Virus record (IMG/VR): IMGVR_UViG_3300025362_000004
Location: 32,001-96,000 of that record
DNA from: a virus
DNA length: 64,000 nucleotides
Reading direction: 5' to 3' (one strand)
Below are positions 30,349 through 39,035 of this stretch, piece after piece (positions within the stretch are counted from its first letter, which is position 1; every line of letters starts with the position of its first letter). Under the pieces are notes generated by a model. The model was not told where the DNA came from. It did not search any database and was given only the letters and a program-made list of their open reading frames with translations. A program made the position numbers and the translations under genes.

Positions 30349-31113
30349 ATGAATAAATATTTTGTATTTGGTGATTCACACGGGCATTATGAAGCACTAA
30401 TTTCAAGCCTCGAAGCCGCAGGTTTCGATATAGATAACCCTAATCACATGATAATTGGTTGTGGAGATTACTTTGACAGAGGAGATAGAAACGCACAGAT
30501 ATATAATTTTCTTACTTCTGAAAAACTGATTGGAAGGGTATATCTTGTATATGGCAACCATGACGCAATGCTAAAAGATTTCTTAAGCAAACAAAATGAT
30601 GGCGTATTTAATGCGACATATAATGGCTTAAATAAAACTATTGGAAATTTTGCACAAGTAAGTTGTAATTCAAATATGTTGATGTATGATGGCGATTTTT
30701 ATATTAGTAAAATTAAACAAAATTATCCAAATCTAATGAAGTTCTTACAATCAATGGAAGATAGTTTTACATTAGATGAATACATATTTACTCACGCGGG
30801 ATTAAAGTATGAAAATATGTATGATACTTGGGCTAAACCAATTTGGGTAGTAGACCATTGGGCTAATACACCAACATTTGTAAATGAGTTTAAATCAGTT
30901 GGTAATTATTTAACTGAAGGAAAGAAATTTGTATTTGGACATTGGCATGCTAGAAGATTAAGAAGTGATTTCGGATTAGAACCAAGTAACGAGACATTTA
31001 AGTATAAAAACTTTATTGGATTAGATGCTTGCACTAACGCAAGTGGTTTCGTAAATGTTTTAGTAATTGAAAGCGATAATTTACCTCAAGTTAATAAAAA
31101 TTTGGAATATTAG
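30349..31113 (+). CDS. Calcineurin-like metallophosphoesterase
   Basis: GDSHG, GDYFDRG, GNHD, THAG and GHW motifs. Confidence 0.93.
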   Translation: MNKYFVFGDSHGHYEALISSLEAAGFDIDNPNHMIIGCGDYFDRGDRNAQIYNFLTSEKLIGRVYLVYGNHDAMLKDFLSKQNDGVFNATYNGLNKTIGNFAQVSCNSNMLMYDGDFYISKIKQNYPNLMKFLQSMEDSFTLDEYIFTHAGLKYENMYDTWAKPIWVVDHWANTPTFVNEFKSVGNYLTEGKKFVFGHWHARRLRSDFGLEPSNETFKYKNFIGLDACTNASGFVNVLVIESDNLPQVNKNLEY

Positions 31114-31315
31114 ATTTGAAATTTTAGTTAGATTATGGTATAATAAAGTATAAAAATAAAGATATAAATATAGATATATGGGAAATGAACTCCCAGTCGT
31201 GCACAGACAAACTGTTCAAGGTACGTAGTCGTTCGGACCGCCAAAAGGTAAGTGAGACAAAGGTGTAGTGGGAGCTACCGATTGGATACCTAGAAACTAA
31301 AGTTCAATCGTATAT

Positions 31316-31394
31316 TGGGATGTGGGCTAATTTGGTAAGCCACCTGCTTTGGGAGCAGGGCATCGTGAGAGTTCAAGTCTCTTCATCCCAACCA
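31316..31394 (+). tRNA. tRNA-Pro(TGG)
   Basis: Cloverleaf, loop TTTGGGA, CCA. Confidence 0.9.
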
Positions 31395-31395
31395 T

Positions 31396-31471
31396 GGTGA
31401 TATAGTAGAGTGGTTTAGAATGTCGGTTTGTCGAACCGAAGAACGGGGTTCAATTCCCCGTATCACCGCCA
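31396..31471 (+). tRNA. tRNA-Asp(GTC)
   Basis: Cloverleaf, loop TTGTCGA. Confidence 0.9.
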
Positions 31472-31484
31472 AAAAAATGAATAT

Positions 31485-31573
31485 GTTGTCTGTGGTGGAA
31501 TGGTAAACACGCTAGGTTGTGGCCCTAGTGCCGATAATTCGGTTTGCGAGTTCAAATCTCGTCAGTCAACCCA
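31485..31573 (+). tRNA. tRNA-His(GTG) with long variable arm
   Basis: G-1:C73, loop TTGTGGC, extra stem GCCGA/TCGGT. Confidence 0.85.
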
Positions 31574-31574
31574 T

Positions 31575-31652
31575 TCGAGTGTAGCTTATGTTTGGAAAAG
31601 CACCCACCTTATAAGTGGGAGAGCGTGGGTTCAAACCCCACCACTCGGACCA
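31575..31652 (+). tRNA. tRNA-Ile(TAT)
   Basis: Loop CTTATAA. Confidence 0.88.
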
Positions 31653-31656
31653 ATTT

Positions 31657-31730
31657 GGGGATATAGTATAATGGGATTACGGGTGGTTTGCAACCACTTA
31701 ATCGGGGTTCAACTCCCCGTATCTCCACCA
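31657..31730 (+). tRNA. tRNA-Ala(TGC)
   Basis: G3-U70, loop TTTGCAA. Confidence 0.92.
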
Positions 31731-31738
31731 AATGAAAT

Positions 31739-31813
31739 GGATTAGTAGCTCAGTGGTAGAGCAAGCGGCTGTTAACCGCTAGGTCGTAGGTTCAAGTCCT
31801 ACTTAGTCCGCCA
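31739..31813 (+). tRNA. tRNA-Asn(GTT)
   Basis: Loop CTGTTAA. Confidence 0.92.
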
Positions 31814-31814
31814 T

Positions 31815-31891
31815 GCCGATTTAGTGTTAATGGCTTAACATAAATGCCTTGTAAGCATAAGATATGGGTTCAACTCCTGTAATCGGCACCA
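31815..31891 (+). tRNA. tRNA-Thr(TGT)
   Basis: Loop CTTGTAA. Confidence 0.88.
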
Positions 31892-31892
31892 T

Positions 31893-31966
31893 AGTCCTAT
31901 GGTATAAAGGGAACACACCTGTTTTACAAGCAGGAATTCACGGTTCAAGTCCGTGTGGGACTACCA
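31893..31966 (+). tRNA. tRNA-Val(TAC)
   Basis: Loop TTTACAA. Confidence 0.88.
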
Positions 31967-32042
31967 AAAAAAAAAATAACCTAAAACAAAGAGTTTGAAG
32001 TTTAGATAGCCAGAATACTGTGTCTAAATTTGAGTTTGATAT

Positions 32043-32116
32043 GCACGTGTAGTTTAATGGTAGAACCTCTGCCTTCCAAGCAGACTATGACAGTTCAATT
32101 CTGTTCACGTGCTCCA
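32043..32116 (+). tRNA. tRNA-Gly(TCC)
   Basis: Loop CTTCCAA, U73. Confidence 0.92.
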
Positions 32117-32117
32117 T

Positions 32118-32193
32118 GATTGGGAAGCTCATTAGGTAGAGCGACGGACTGTTACTCCGCTGGTTAAGGGTTCAAATCCCTTCTCAATCGCCA
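32118..32193 (+). tRNA. tRNA-Asn(GTT)
   Basis: Loop CTGTTAC. Confidence 0.8.
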
Positions 32194-32276
32194 ATAAAAA
32201 TAACAGGATACGACTGAACACAGGCTTGATACAAGACAGTTAATCCTTATGGGTAATCAAGATAAACCCATTATAT

Positions 32277-32351
32277 TCCTCAGTAGCAAAATGGCTTTGC
32301 AGGCGGCTTTTAACCGTCGAGATGCAGGTTCAAATCCTGTCTGAGGAACCA
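32277..32351 (+). tRNA. tRNA-Lys(TTT)
   Basis: Loop CTTTTAA. Confidence 0.85.
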
Positions 32352-32354
32352 TAT

Positions 32355-32428
32355 CCTAGGGAGAATCGGATATTCAAGCAGGTCTCATAAGCCAGCCCTC
32401 GTAAGTTCAACTCTTGCCCCTAGAACCA
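32355..32428 (+). tRNA. Atypical tRNA-Met(CAT)
   Basis: Loop CTCATAA; weak D and anticodon stems. Confidence 0.55.
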
Positions 32429-32585
32429 AACAAATAAAGGAATACAATATATGCCGTCCTGCAAGACGATAAAAGGCATGCCGAGTAGCTTAACAGAAGT
32501 CTGGAATTTCGAAATAAGGATGAAAATAGAGCGCCCCTGTTTGAAGGGGAATGGTAGTGTTGAGAATACACTTTCGGTTATAAAT

Positions 32586-32660
32586 GGGATTATAGTGTTA
32601 ATGGGAGCACATCTGTGTTGCACGCAGATAGTCAGGGTTCAACCCCCTGTAGTTCTACCA
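32586..32660 (+). tRNA. tRNA-Ala(TGC)
   Basis: G3-U70, loop GTTGCAC. Confidence 0.8.
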
Positions 32661-32663
32661 AAT

Positions 32664-32739
32664 AGGAGTGTGGCCAAATGGCTAAGGCATGGGACTTTGA
32701 CTCCCAGAATGGCGGGTTCAATTCCCCCCTCTCCCACCA
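32664..32739 (+). tRNA. tRNA-Gln(TTG)
   Basis: Loop CTTTGAC. Confidence 0.85.
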
Positions 32740-32742
32740 AAT

Positions 32743-32818
32743 GCAAGCGTAGCATAATGGATAGTGCAACATCCTTCTAAGGTGTCCCGTGTGGGTTCAA
32801 CTCCCGCCGCTTGTGCCA
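32743..32818 (+). tRNA. tRNA-Arg(TCT)
   Basis: Loop CTTCTAA. Confidence 0.9.
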
Positions 32819-32819
32819 T

Positions 32820-32893
32820 GTGAGTATAGTTTAGTGGTAAAATAGGTGGTTTCCAACCATCGGTCGAGGGTTCAATCCCCTCTACTCACACCA
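32820..32893 (+). tRNA. tRNA-Gly(TCC)
   Basis: Loop TTTCCAA. Confidence 0.88.
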
Positions 32894-32897
32894 ATAT

Positions 32898-33144
32898 TTA
32901 ATTAAATGAATAGTTATTTAGACCGAAATTATATAAGTGCGCCGAATCGTAGTAGGCAACGAGTTTAGCGACTCAAGCACTTGGTTGAGAAAAGGACTTG
33001 TCCCGTTTAACGAAAATGCCGATAGGATAAGATATAGTTTTAGGAAAAGAGTAGCTCTCAATACCGAAGCAAGAAAACTTTAGAAAGGGGTCGCGACCTA
33101 TCTAATGGAAACCTGTAGGTCTGAATAATTATTCATTTAATTAA
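32898..33144 (+). ncRNA. ~245-nt structured ncRNA closed by a 27-bp helix
   Basis: 32898-32924 pairs with 33118-33144, with two G-U wobbles. Confidence 0.7.
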
Positions 33145-33161
33145 AAGGAAGAGGAGATAAA

Positions 33162-33851
33162 ATGCGAATTATATCAAACAAAAGAGACTATTACGATGGT
33201 TGGGCGACATATGATAAAACATATAAAACTAAAGTATGGGTTCGGAGACCACAAGAAATTGAATATAGCAAATATAAATTAGAAACTTTTACAGAAAATA
33301 GAGTTTGGATTAATAGTAGAGCTTTTCATATTGGTTATCTAATTATCGCTGGTATAGTTTATCCATATATCGAATACGAAAGTCTATGTGATGAAATTTG
33401 GTATAAAGGTAAGTGGATAAAAGAAAATAACAAAGAAGATAAATTCTTCTATGACTATGAAACTCTTATGAGTGAACATGGAGATTTCCTAAAAAAACAT
33501 TGTTGGAATGATGCTAGAGATATTAAGAATTTCTTTGAACAAGACCAATTCGATATGACAGAAATGTGTTTAGAATTAGATGCACCAATCATTTTAATTG
33601 AATTTAAAAAGTTTCCTTGGAGACTTGCAGACACAACAAAAAGAGTTATTACAATAAATCCTAATCTAAAAGAAATTAGTTTAAGTAAGGTATTTAGTTC
33701 ACCACAAATGTATCAAATATTAGACAGATTTGTTAGTAATGTTATGGTAGGAGATAAAACTCCAACATCAAAACAAACAGATATTGAAAAAGTTGAAGCA
33801 CATGGCTTTGACAAGAAAATTTCCTTTAGAAAGGGGAAACAAAAAAAATGA
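33162..33851 (+). CDS. Conserved phage hypothetical protein (MRIIS..RDYYD...AHGFDKK.SFR)
   Basis: RBS; ends in TGA as an ATGA overlap. Confidence 0.85.
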   Translation: MRIISNKRDYYDGWATYDKTYKTKVWVRRPQEIEYSKYKLETFTENRVWINSRAFHIGYLIIAGIVYPYIEYESLCDEIWYKGKWIKENNKEDKFFYDYETLMSEHGDFLKKHCWNDARDIKNFFEQDQFDMTEMCLELDAPIILIEFKKFPWRLADTTKRVITINPNLKEISLSKVFSSPQMYQILDRFVSNVMVGDKTPTSKQTDIEKVEAHGFDKKISFRKGKQKK

Positions 33852-34081
33852 AGTTAAGTGAAATTAAAAAAGGTATTCAAGAAAAGGTTAAAAATTGGGA
33901 AGACGAATTAATTGAAATAGTTAATTCTCATGCTAGAGAACTTGCTGAAGAAGGGTATAATTTTAGAGAAGACGATATTAGTGATGATTTCATGTGTGAT
34001 ATAGAGTGTCTAATCAATGAAAGAGTTGAAATTTATAATTTATGTTATAAGGAGAAAAATAATGAACTTAAAGAAAATTAA
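33848..34081 (+). CDS. Hypothetical protein
   Basis: Coupled ORF. Confidence 0.75.
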   Translation: MKLSEIKKGIQEKVKNWEDELIEIVNSHARELAEEGYNFREDDISDDFMCDIECLINERVEIYNLCYKEKNNELKEN

Positions 34082-34382
34082 AGAACTAGCAGATTACATG
34101 GAAGACAATCCCTATGAATTACCACAAGCACTGATGTATAATGAAATTACTTGTTATACAGATGAAGAAATTTCTGATGAAGTAATGGAATTACTATTAG
34201 ATTTCGGTGAAGAAATATTATTTGATTTTGAATATTCAACAGCAATTGCAGTTGGTTGTGTAATAGGTTCATGGTATAATACTTTTATGCAAGATAAAGT
34301 AGATATACTTAAAAGAGATAGAGATAAATTATACAAAGATTTAAGAGAGAATTATATTTTTAGTGATTGGGCTTTAGCCTAG
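34062..34382 (+). CDS. Hypothetical protein
   Basis: AAGGAG RBS. Confidence 0.75.
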   Translation: MNLKKIKELADYMEDNPYELPQALMYNEITCYTDEEISDEVMELLLDFGEEILFDFEYSTAIAVGCVIGSWYNTFMQDKVDILKRDRDKLYKDLRENYIFSDWALA

Positions 34383-34390
34383 TCATTAAT

Positions 34391-34464
34391 GTCTTGATAG
34401 TTTAAAGGTAGAACTTATCGTTGCCAACGATAGAGTGGGAGTTCAATTCTCCCTCTTGACACCA
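34391..34464 (+). tRNA. tRNA-Gly(GCC)
   Basis: Loop TTGCCAA. Confidence 0.82.
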
Positions 34465-34470
34465 ATATAT

Positions 34471-34560
34471 GGGGATGCTGGGCATTGGTGAGCCTAAGAG
34501 ACTGTAAATCTCCCGCATAAAAGTAAGACTGTGGCGGTTCAACCCCGTCCGTCCCCACCA
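34471..34560 (+). tRNA. tRNA-Tyr(GTA)
   Basis: Loop CTGTAAA, long variable region. Confidence 0.88.
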
Positions 34561-34652
34561 GAAGATAGTAAGATATTGAAAAGTATTTTATATATAAAAT
34601 TTTTATAGAGACGGAGTTTTGCATTTCATTCTAAAATGCAAGACAACTCTAT

Positions 34653-34731
34653 GGTCTTGTAGCTCAGTTTTAGGTAGAGCACGCGGTTGAAGCCCGCGGT
34701 GTCGAGGGTTCAAGTCCCTCTGAGACCACCA
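34653..34731 (+). tRNA. tRNA-Phe(GAA)
   Basis: Loop TTGAAGC. Confidence 0.92.
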
Positions 34732-34884
34732 TTAAAGAAACATAGCTTTAGTTACGCCGCGTGCGGCGATTTGGACTAAAAATATTCCAATAAAAATGAA
34801 CTATGAAAGTTGACTTTTTTCGGATTTTGTGATATAATAAATTATAAAGATAAAAAAGTAGAACTTTTTTTGAGAGGTGTTGTT

Positions 34885-35643
34885 ATGTCAATAGGTATTT
34901 ATAAATACGAAAATAAAATCAATGGAAATATTTATATTGGTCAGTCAATTAATATAGAAGGAAGGCACAGTAAGCATTTATATCGAGCTATTAGAGGCAA
35001 AGAAACAAACAGTGAATATAATACAAGTTTATCTAAAGCGATTAGAAAATATAATATAGAAAATTTTGATTTTTCAATAATTGATGAATGTAAAATTGAA
35101 GAATTAGATAAAAGAGAGATTTACTGGATTAAATATTATGATAGCTATAATAATGGTTATAATCAAACACTTGGTGGTCAAAGTGGTAATAATTATAAGT
35201 TTGACAAAGAAGTTATTATTAAAGTGAAAGAACTGTTAAAAAATACAACATTGTTATATGATACAATAAATGAATTAACTGGTGTTTCTAAAACTACTAT
35301 ATCAGAAATTAATACTGGAAAATATCATATTGATGAAGGTCAAGAATATCCTCTTAGGGTAACGACTAAAGAAGAAAATTATTGCTCTAAATGCGGAAAA
35401 CCAATAAGTAAAAGAAATGAAAATAATTTATGTAGGATTTGTTATAGTGAAACTACTAGAAGAGTAGAACGACCTACACCAATAGACCTCGCTAAAATGG
35501 TTGTTGAAAAAGGTTTTAGTAGCGTTGGTAGGAATTATGGAGTGTCTCATACCAGTATAAAGAGATGGTGTAAAACATATAAAATTCCGTATATAAAGAA
35601 AGAATTAAAAGTATGGTATCAAAATCAAATAGGCTCTGAGTAG
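34885..35643 (+). CDS. GIY-YIG homing endonuclease with zinc ribbon and HTH
   Basis: GIYK...YIGQS...E..WI...GYN; CSKC...CRIC. Confidence 0.92.
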   Translation: MSIGIYKYENKINGNIYIGQSINIEGRHSKHLYRAIRGKETNSEYNTSLSKAIRKYNIENFDFSIIDECKIEELDKREIYWIKYYDSYNNGYNQTLGGQSGNNYKFDKEVIIKVKELLKNTTLLYDTINELTGVSKTTISEINTGKYHIDEGQEYPLRVTTKEENYCSKCGKPISKRNENNLCRICYSETTRRVERPTPIDLAKMVVEKGFSSVGRNYGVSHTSIKRWCKTYKIPYIKKELKVWYQNQIGSE

Positions 35644-35667
35644 GGCCAATCGCCGCAAGGCGTAAAT

Positions 35668-35747
35668 GCCAGTGTAGCTCAATTAGGTAGAGCGGCCGCC
35701 CGATTAGCGGTGACACAGTAAGAGTTCGATTCTCTTCTCTGGTACCA
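35668..35747 (+). tRNA. Atypical tRNA-Ile(GAT)-like
   Basis: Loop CCGATTA lacks U33 and purine 37. Confidence 0.6.
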
Positions 35748-35750
35748 AAT

Positions 35751-35830
35751 GCCATTAAATTAGGTCTGGGAAAACTATTGTCCTCTAAGGGTAATAGAAG
35801 TGGAAGGTTCGAATCCTTCCGTTGGCACCA
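35751..35830 (+). tRNA. Degenerate tRNA-like RNA with CTA anticodon
   Basis: Stem CTATTGTC/GGTAATAG, loop CTCTAAG, perfect T arm, CCA. Confidence 0.5.
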
Positions 35831-35833
35831 AAT

Positions 35834-35908
35834 GCAACTATAGTATAACGGATAATACAACATCCTTCTAAGGTGTCCGATGGGGTTCAAATCCCTCTAG
35901 TTGTGCCA
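35834..35908 (+). tRNA. tRNA-Arg(TCT)
   Basis: Loop CTTCTAA. Confidence 0.88.
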
Positions 35909-35932
35909 TAAAAAAACAAAGGAAGTGATTAT

Positions 35933-36448
35933 ATGTCAAGATTAGATGAAGCGTTTAAATTCATGAAAACAAAACACGGAATACAAGAAAGAGCGACTGG
36001 TGGCTATTACTTTGAGCATCCAAGACGCGTGGCTTCGTATGTCCTAATGTATAAAGATAGTTATAGAATAGAAGATATTGTTATAATTGCTTTATTACAC
36101 GACGTAATCGAAGATACTAACGCAACATATGAGCAAGTCAAAAATGCTTTTGGAGAAATGATTGCTGATACTGTAATGGAATTAACAAGTAATCCTTTAG
36201 ATGTTAAAGAACAAGGAAAGAAAGAGTATTTAGCAGACAAAATGGTTAATATGAGTTCTTATGCGCTTGTAGTTAAATTATGCGATAGACTTGATAATGT
36301 AAGTGATTTGCATAAGATGAGCGATGGATTCAGAGAACGTTATACAAAAGAAACAAAATACATATTAGATAAGATTGATGAAGAAAGAGAAGTAATTACT
36401 ATCACGCATCACAGAATTATACACCAAATCCGATTAAAATTGGAATAA
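35933..36448 (+). CDS. HD-domain (p)ppGpp hydrolase-like protein (SAH/Mesh1 type)
   Basis: H..Q.R..G..YFEHP..VA, LLHDVIEDT and KLCDRLDN motifs. Confidence 0.88.
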   Translation: MSRLDEAFKFMKTKHGIQERATGGYYFEHPRRVASYVLMYKDSYRIEDIVIIALLHDVIEDTNATYEQVKNAFGEMIADTVMELTSNPLDVKEQGKKEYLADKMVNMSSYALVVKLCDRLDNVSDLHKMSDGFRERYTKETKYILDKIDEEREVITITHHRIIHQIRLKLE

Positions 36449-36449
36449 T

Positions 36450-36526
36450 GGGGATATAGGCCAATTGGAAGAGTCAATGCGCTTAAAACGCATAAAGTGC
36501 GGGTTCAACTCCCGCTATCCTTACCA
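36450..36526 (+). tRNA. tRNA-Leu(TAA), short variable loop
   Basis: Loop CTTAAAA. Confidence 0.85.
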
Positions 36527-36657
36527 AATTCTGGAATGTCAGATTTGCATATTTTTGTAATCTATGGTATAATTATAATATAAAGAAGTAAAGTGACTAT
36601 AACACTATAAAAGGCTCTTTTAATACATTTTGAGAGTAGAAATCAAAATAGGAACAT

Positions 36658-36734
36658 GCGTCTGTAGCCCAATGGAAGAGGCAAATGATTTAAGCTCATT
36701 ACAGGTGGGGGTTCGAATCCCCCGAGACGTACCA
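36658..36734 (+). tRNA. tRNA-Leu(TAA), short variable loop
   Basis: Loop TTTAAGC. Confidence 0.85.
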
Positions 36735-36737
36735 AAT

Positions 36738-36812
36738 GCGAGTATGGTATAATGGTATTACGACAGTCTCCAAAACTGCAAAATGTGGGTTCAAATCCTA
36801 CTACTCGTGCCA
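36738..36812 (+). tRNA. tRNA-Trp(CCA)
   Basis: Loop CTCCAAA, G73. Confidence 0.9.
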
Positions 36813-36815
36813 AAT

Positions 36816-36943
36816 ATGCGAATGACGAAACGGTAAACGTAACCCTATTGAATAGGGCGACTGGTTAATAAGATTAACGACAATACGTATAAAGTTAATT
36901 GAATGCCAGTTATCTGTAGGTTCAAATCCTGCTTCGCATACCA
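36816..36943 (+). tRNA. tRNA-like RNA (TGA anticodon) with ~55-nt variable arm
   Basis: Acceptor ATGCGAA/TTCGCAT, T arm, loop ATTGAAT, giant extra stem. Confidence 0.65.
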
Positions 36944-36946
36944 AAT

Positions 36947-37021
36947 GCACTTATAGTGAAATGGATATCACGAGTCGCCACGAACGATTTATTGCGGGTT
37001 CAAGTCCTGCTAGGTGTGCCA
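36947..37021 (+). tRNA. tRNA-Arg(ACG)
   Basis: Loop CCACGAA. Confidence 0.85.
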
Positions 37022-37022
37022 T

Positions 37023-37100
37023 GGGAGTGTGACGCAACTGGAAAGACGTGTTAGTCTTAGAAACTAAATTTTGGGGGTTCAAATCCCCCTACTCCCACCA
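37023..37100 (+). tRNA. tRNA-Leu(TAG), short variable loop
   Basis: Loop CTTAGAA. Confidence 0.88.
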
Positions 37101-37119
37101 AAAAAGAAAGAGGTAAATA

Positions 37120-37410
37120 ATGAAAGAAACACTTAATGAATATTGCAAAAGAGTGCATGATTGTATTGATGGAACCTGTGAGTTTTCAAAACCTTGCTGT
37201 CTTGAATTCTTTGAGAAATATAGAAATACAGATATTTCTATAATTAGAGAGGACATTCTTAGCAACACATCTGAAGAAGACACAAGTCCGATAGTGAGAA
37301 TTAGAATGAACAATCTATGGGACATATTAAAGAGAGAATTTGAAGTTCATCTTGATTTTACGAAAGAAAAAGTAGTAAAGAAATTCGAAGAATTTTTTGA
37401 GGGAGAATAA
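37120..37410 (+). CDS. Hypothetical protein
   Basis: GAGGT RBS. Confidence 0.75.
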   Translation: MKETLNEYCKRVHDCIDGTCEFSKPCCLEFFEKYRNTDISIIREDILSNTSEEDTSPIVRIRMNNLWDILKREFEVHLDFTKEKVVKKFEEFFEGE

Positions 37411-37499
37411 ATATGAAAATTAAATTATTTTTAATTAAACACATTCACAATTTTTTAACAGTATTTTATAGCGTTCTTAAATTGCTTTAAGACGCAAAT

Positions 37500-37583
37500 G
37501 AGTGAGTACCCAAGTGGTTTAAGGGGGTAGGTTGCAACCCTACTGCGAAAGCTTCGTTGGTTCAAATCCGACCTCATTCTCCA
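37500..37583 (+). tRNA. tRNA-Cys(GCA) with extended variable arm
   Basis: Loop TTGCAAC, U73. Confidence 0.88.
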
Positions 37584-37586
37584 AAT

Positions 37587-37663
37587 GGTCGCGTAGCTCA
37601 GTAGATAGTAGCACTTGACTTTTAATCAAGATGTCGCGGGTTTGAGTCCCGCCGCTTCCACCA
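37587..37663 (+). tRNA. tRNA-Lys(TTT)
   Basis: Loop CTTTTAA. Confidence 0.88.
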
Positions 37664-37759
37664 AATAATTAAATAAAGAAATAAAAGAAGGTACGATTGT
37701 GAGGTTAGACACCAACGTTAAATTGTAGAACATGTTGTTCATCGAGAGCCTTCGAACAT

Positions 37760-37836
37760 TGGCGCGTAGCTTAGTCGGTTAAAGCCCCGAGCTCATAACT
37801 CGGTGACCAGGGGTTCAACTCCCCTCGGGCCTACCA
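37760..37836 (+). tRNA. tRNA-Met/Ile2(CAT)
   Basis: Loop CTCATAA. Confidence 0.85.
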
Positions 37837-38061
37837 CATGACCCTTATTGATACAAGTGTATCCAAGCGTTTTGAAAATGCTTGCACTAAGAGTATGTAA
37901 ATAATAATATAGAGTTATTTATAGAGGGGAGACAATACTCCCGAGGGTGCTAATCTATAACAAAAAATCATACTACCACATTCGAAACCAGTATGGTATC
38001 TTTCTAGATAAGATATTAGGTGTGGCGTTAACGGGGATTCAACGATAAAGTCCCTACCAAT

Positions 38062-38148
38062 GGAAGATAAATTGCACTGGCGTGTAACCTTGATTTGAAA
38101 CCAAGTGGTTCCGAAAGGGATGGGGATCGATACCTCTATCTTCCGCCA
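38062..38148 (+). tRNA. tRNA-Ser(TGA)
   Basis: Loop TTTGAAA, long variable arm, G73. Confidence 0.85.
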
Positions 38149-38316
38149 AAAAAAACTATGCTTGAATCGCCGCACGCGGTGTCCTCAATCATATATAAAG
38201 TGTTGTCGAGACACATACATGCGACCCTTCCTCGACGTGTTGAGGAGTATCTTGTTCATAAAGAGATACTTACAGCAAGACATGAGAATGTCGATAAAAA
38301 ATTAAAGTCGCACCAA

Positions 38317-38393
38317 CGCTCAGAGGTCCTAATGGTTAGGACGCTCGCCTCATAAGCGAGAGGTAGTGGGTTCAATTCCCGCCTGAGCGACCA
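38317..38393 (+). tRNA. tRNA-Met(CAT)
   Basis: Loop CTCATAA. Confidence 0.88.
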
Positions 38394-38395
38394 AC

Positions 38396-38470
38396 GGATT
38401 CATAGTTCAATGGAAGAATGGTCGGTTCTTACCCGATAAGATTAGGGTTCAAATCCCTATGAATCCACCA
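38396..38470 (+). tRNA. tRNA-Lys(CTT)
   Basis: Loop TTCTTAC. Confidence 0.8.
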
Positions 38471-38492
38471 AAAAAGTTTTCGGAGGTGTAAT

Positions 38493-38819
38493 ATGGAACA
38501 TAACAGAGCATATCATCGATACCAAACAGAAGTAAAAAAAAATAGACTAATAAAAATAAACAAGCACGTTGGTTTTAATTTCGTTAATGGTCATTTTCGC
38601 AAGGGGAAACTTCATTGTAGTTGCCCAATGTGTGCAACAAAAACAAATACAAAACATGGGACATATGATGGCGGACATAAACCATCAGAATTAAAAAGAC
38701 TTTACGATATTAGTGAAGTAGTTCTTGAAGAATATAATGAAGCGTTTATAGCGTTAGCTGAGTTCGATGAATTTATGGAAGACGAGTGCGGCGATTCATA
38801 CTTAAAAACAGTAAAATAA
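38493..38819 (+). CDS. Hypothetical protein (KLHCSCPMC family)
   Basis: GGAGG RBS; zinc-binding motif. Confidence 0.8.
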   Translation: MEHNRAYHRYQTEVKKNRLIKINKHVGFNFVNGHFRKGKLHCSCPMCATKTNTKHGTYDGGHKPSELKRLYDISEVVLEEYNEAFIALAEFDEFMEDECGDSYLKTVK

Positions 38820-38941
38820 TTAAATATGCTGAAGTTAAAGAGTAAGATACGACCGCAAACTATATCTTACTTATGGAGAGCTCCTCCCTTTAATAGAGTC
38901 TTTTGCGGGAACTCGAGCGTGAAGCTTAGGCATTAACATAT

Positions 38942-39028
38942 AGAGAGTAATCCATGATGGTGATTGGGTCCGCCTGCTAAGCGGCACGACGTGAAAGCGT
39001 TACGGTTCAAATCCGTTACTCTCTGCCA
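38942..39028 (+). tRNA. tRNA-Ser(GCT)
   Basis: Loop CTGCTAA, long variable arm. Confidence 0.88.
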
Positions 39029-39035
39029 AAAGAAA

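Noticed and set aside
31428-32780. Tracked ORFs 31428-31745 and 32451-32780
   Set aside because: They overlap clear tRNA genes
38095-38355. Tracked ORFs over the tRNA cluster (also 35516-35890, 47554-47835, 56726-57052)
   Set aside because: They overlap tRNA or tRNA-like genes and lack an RBS
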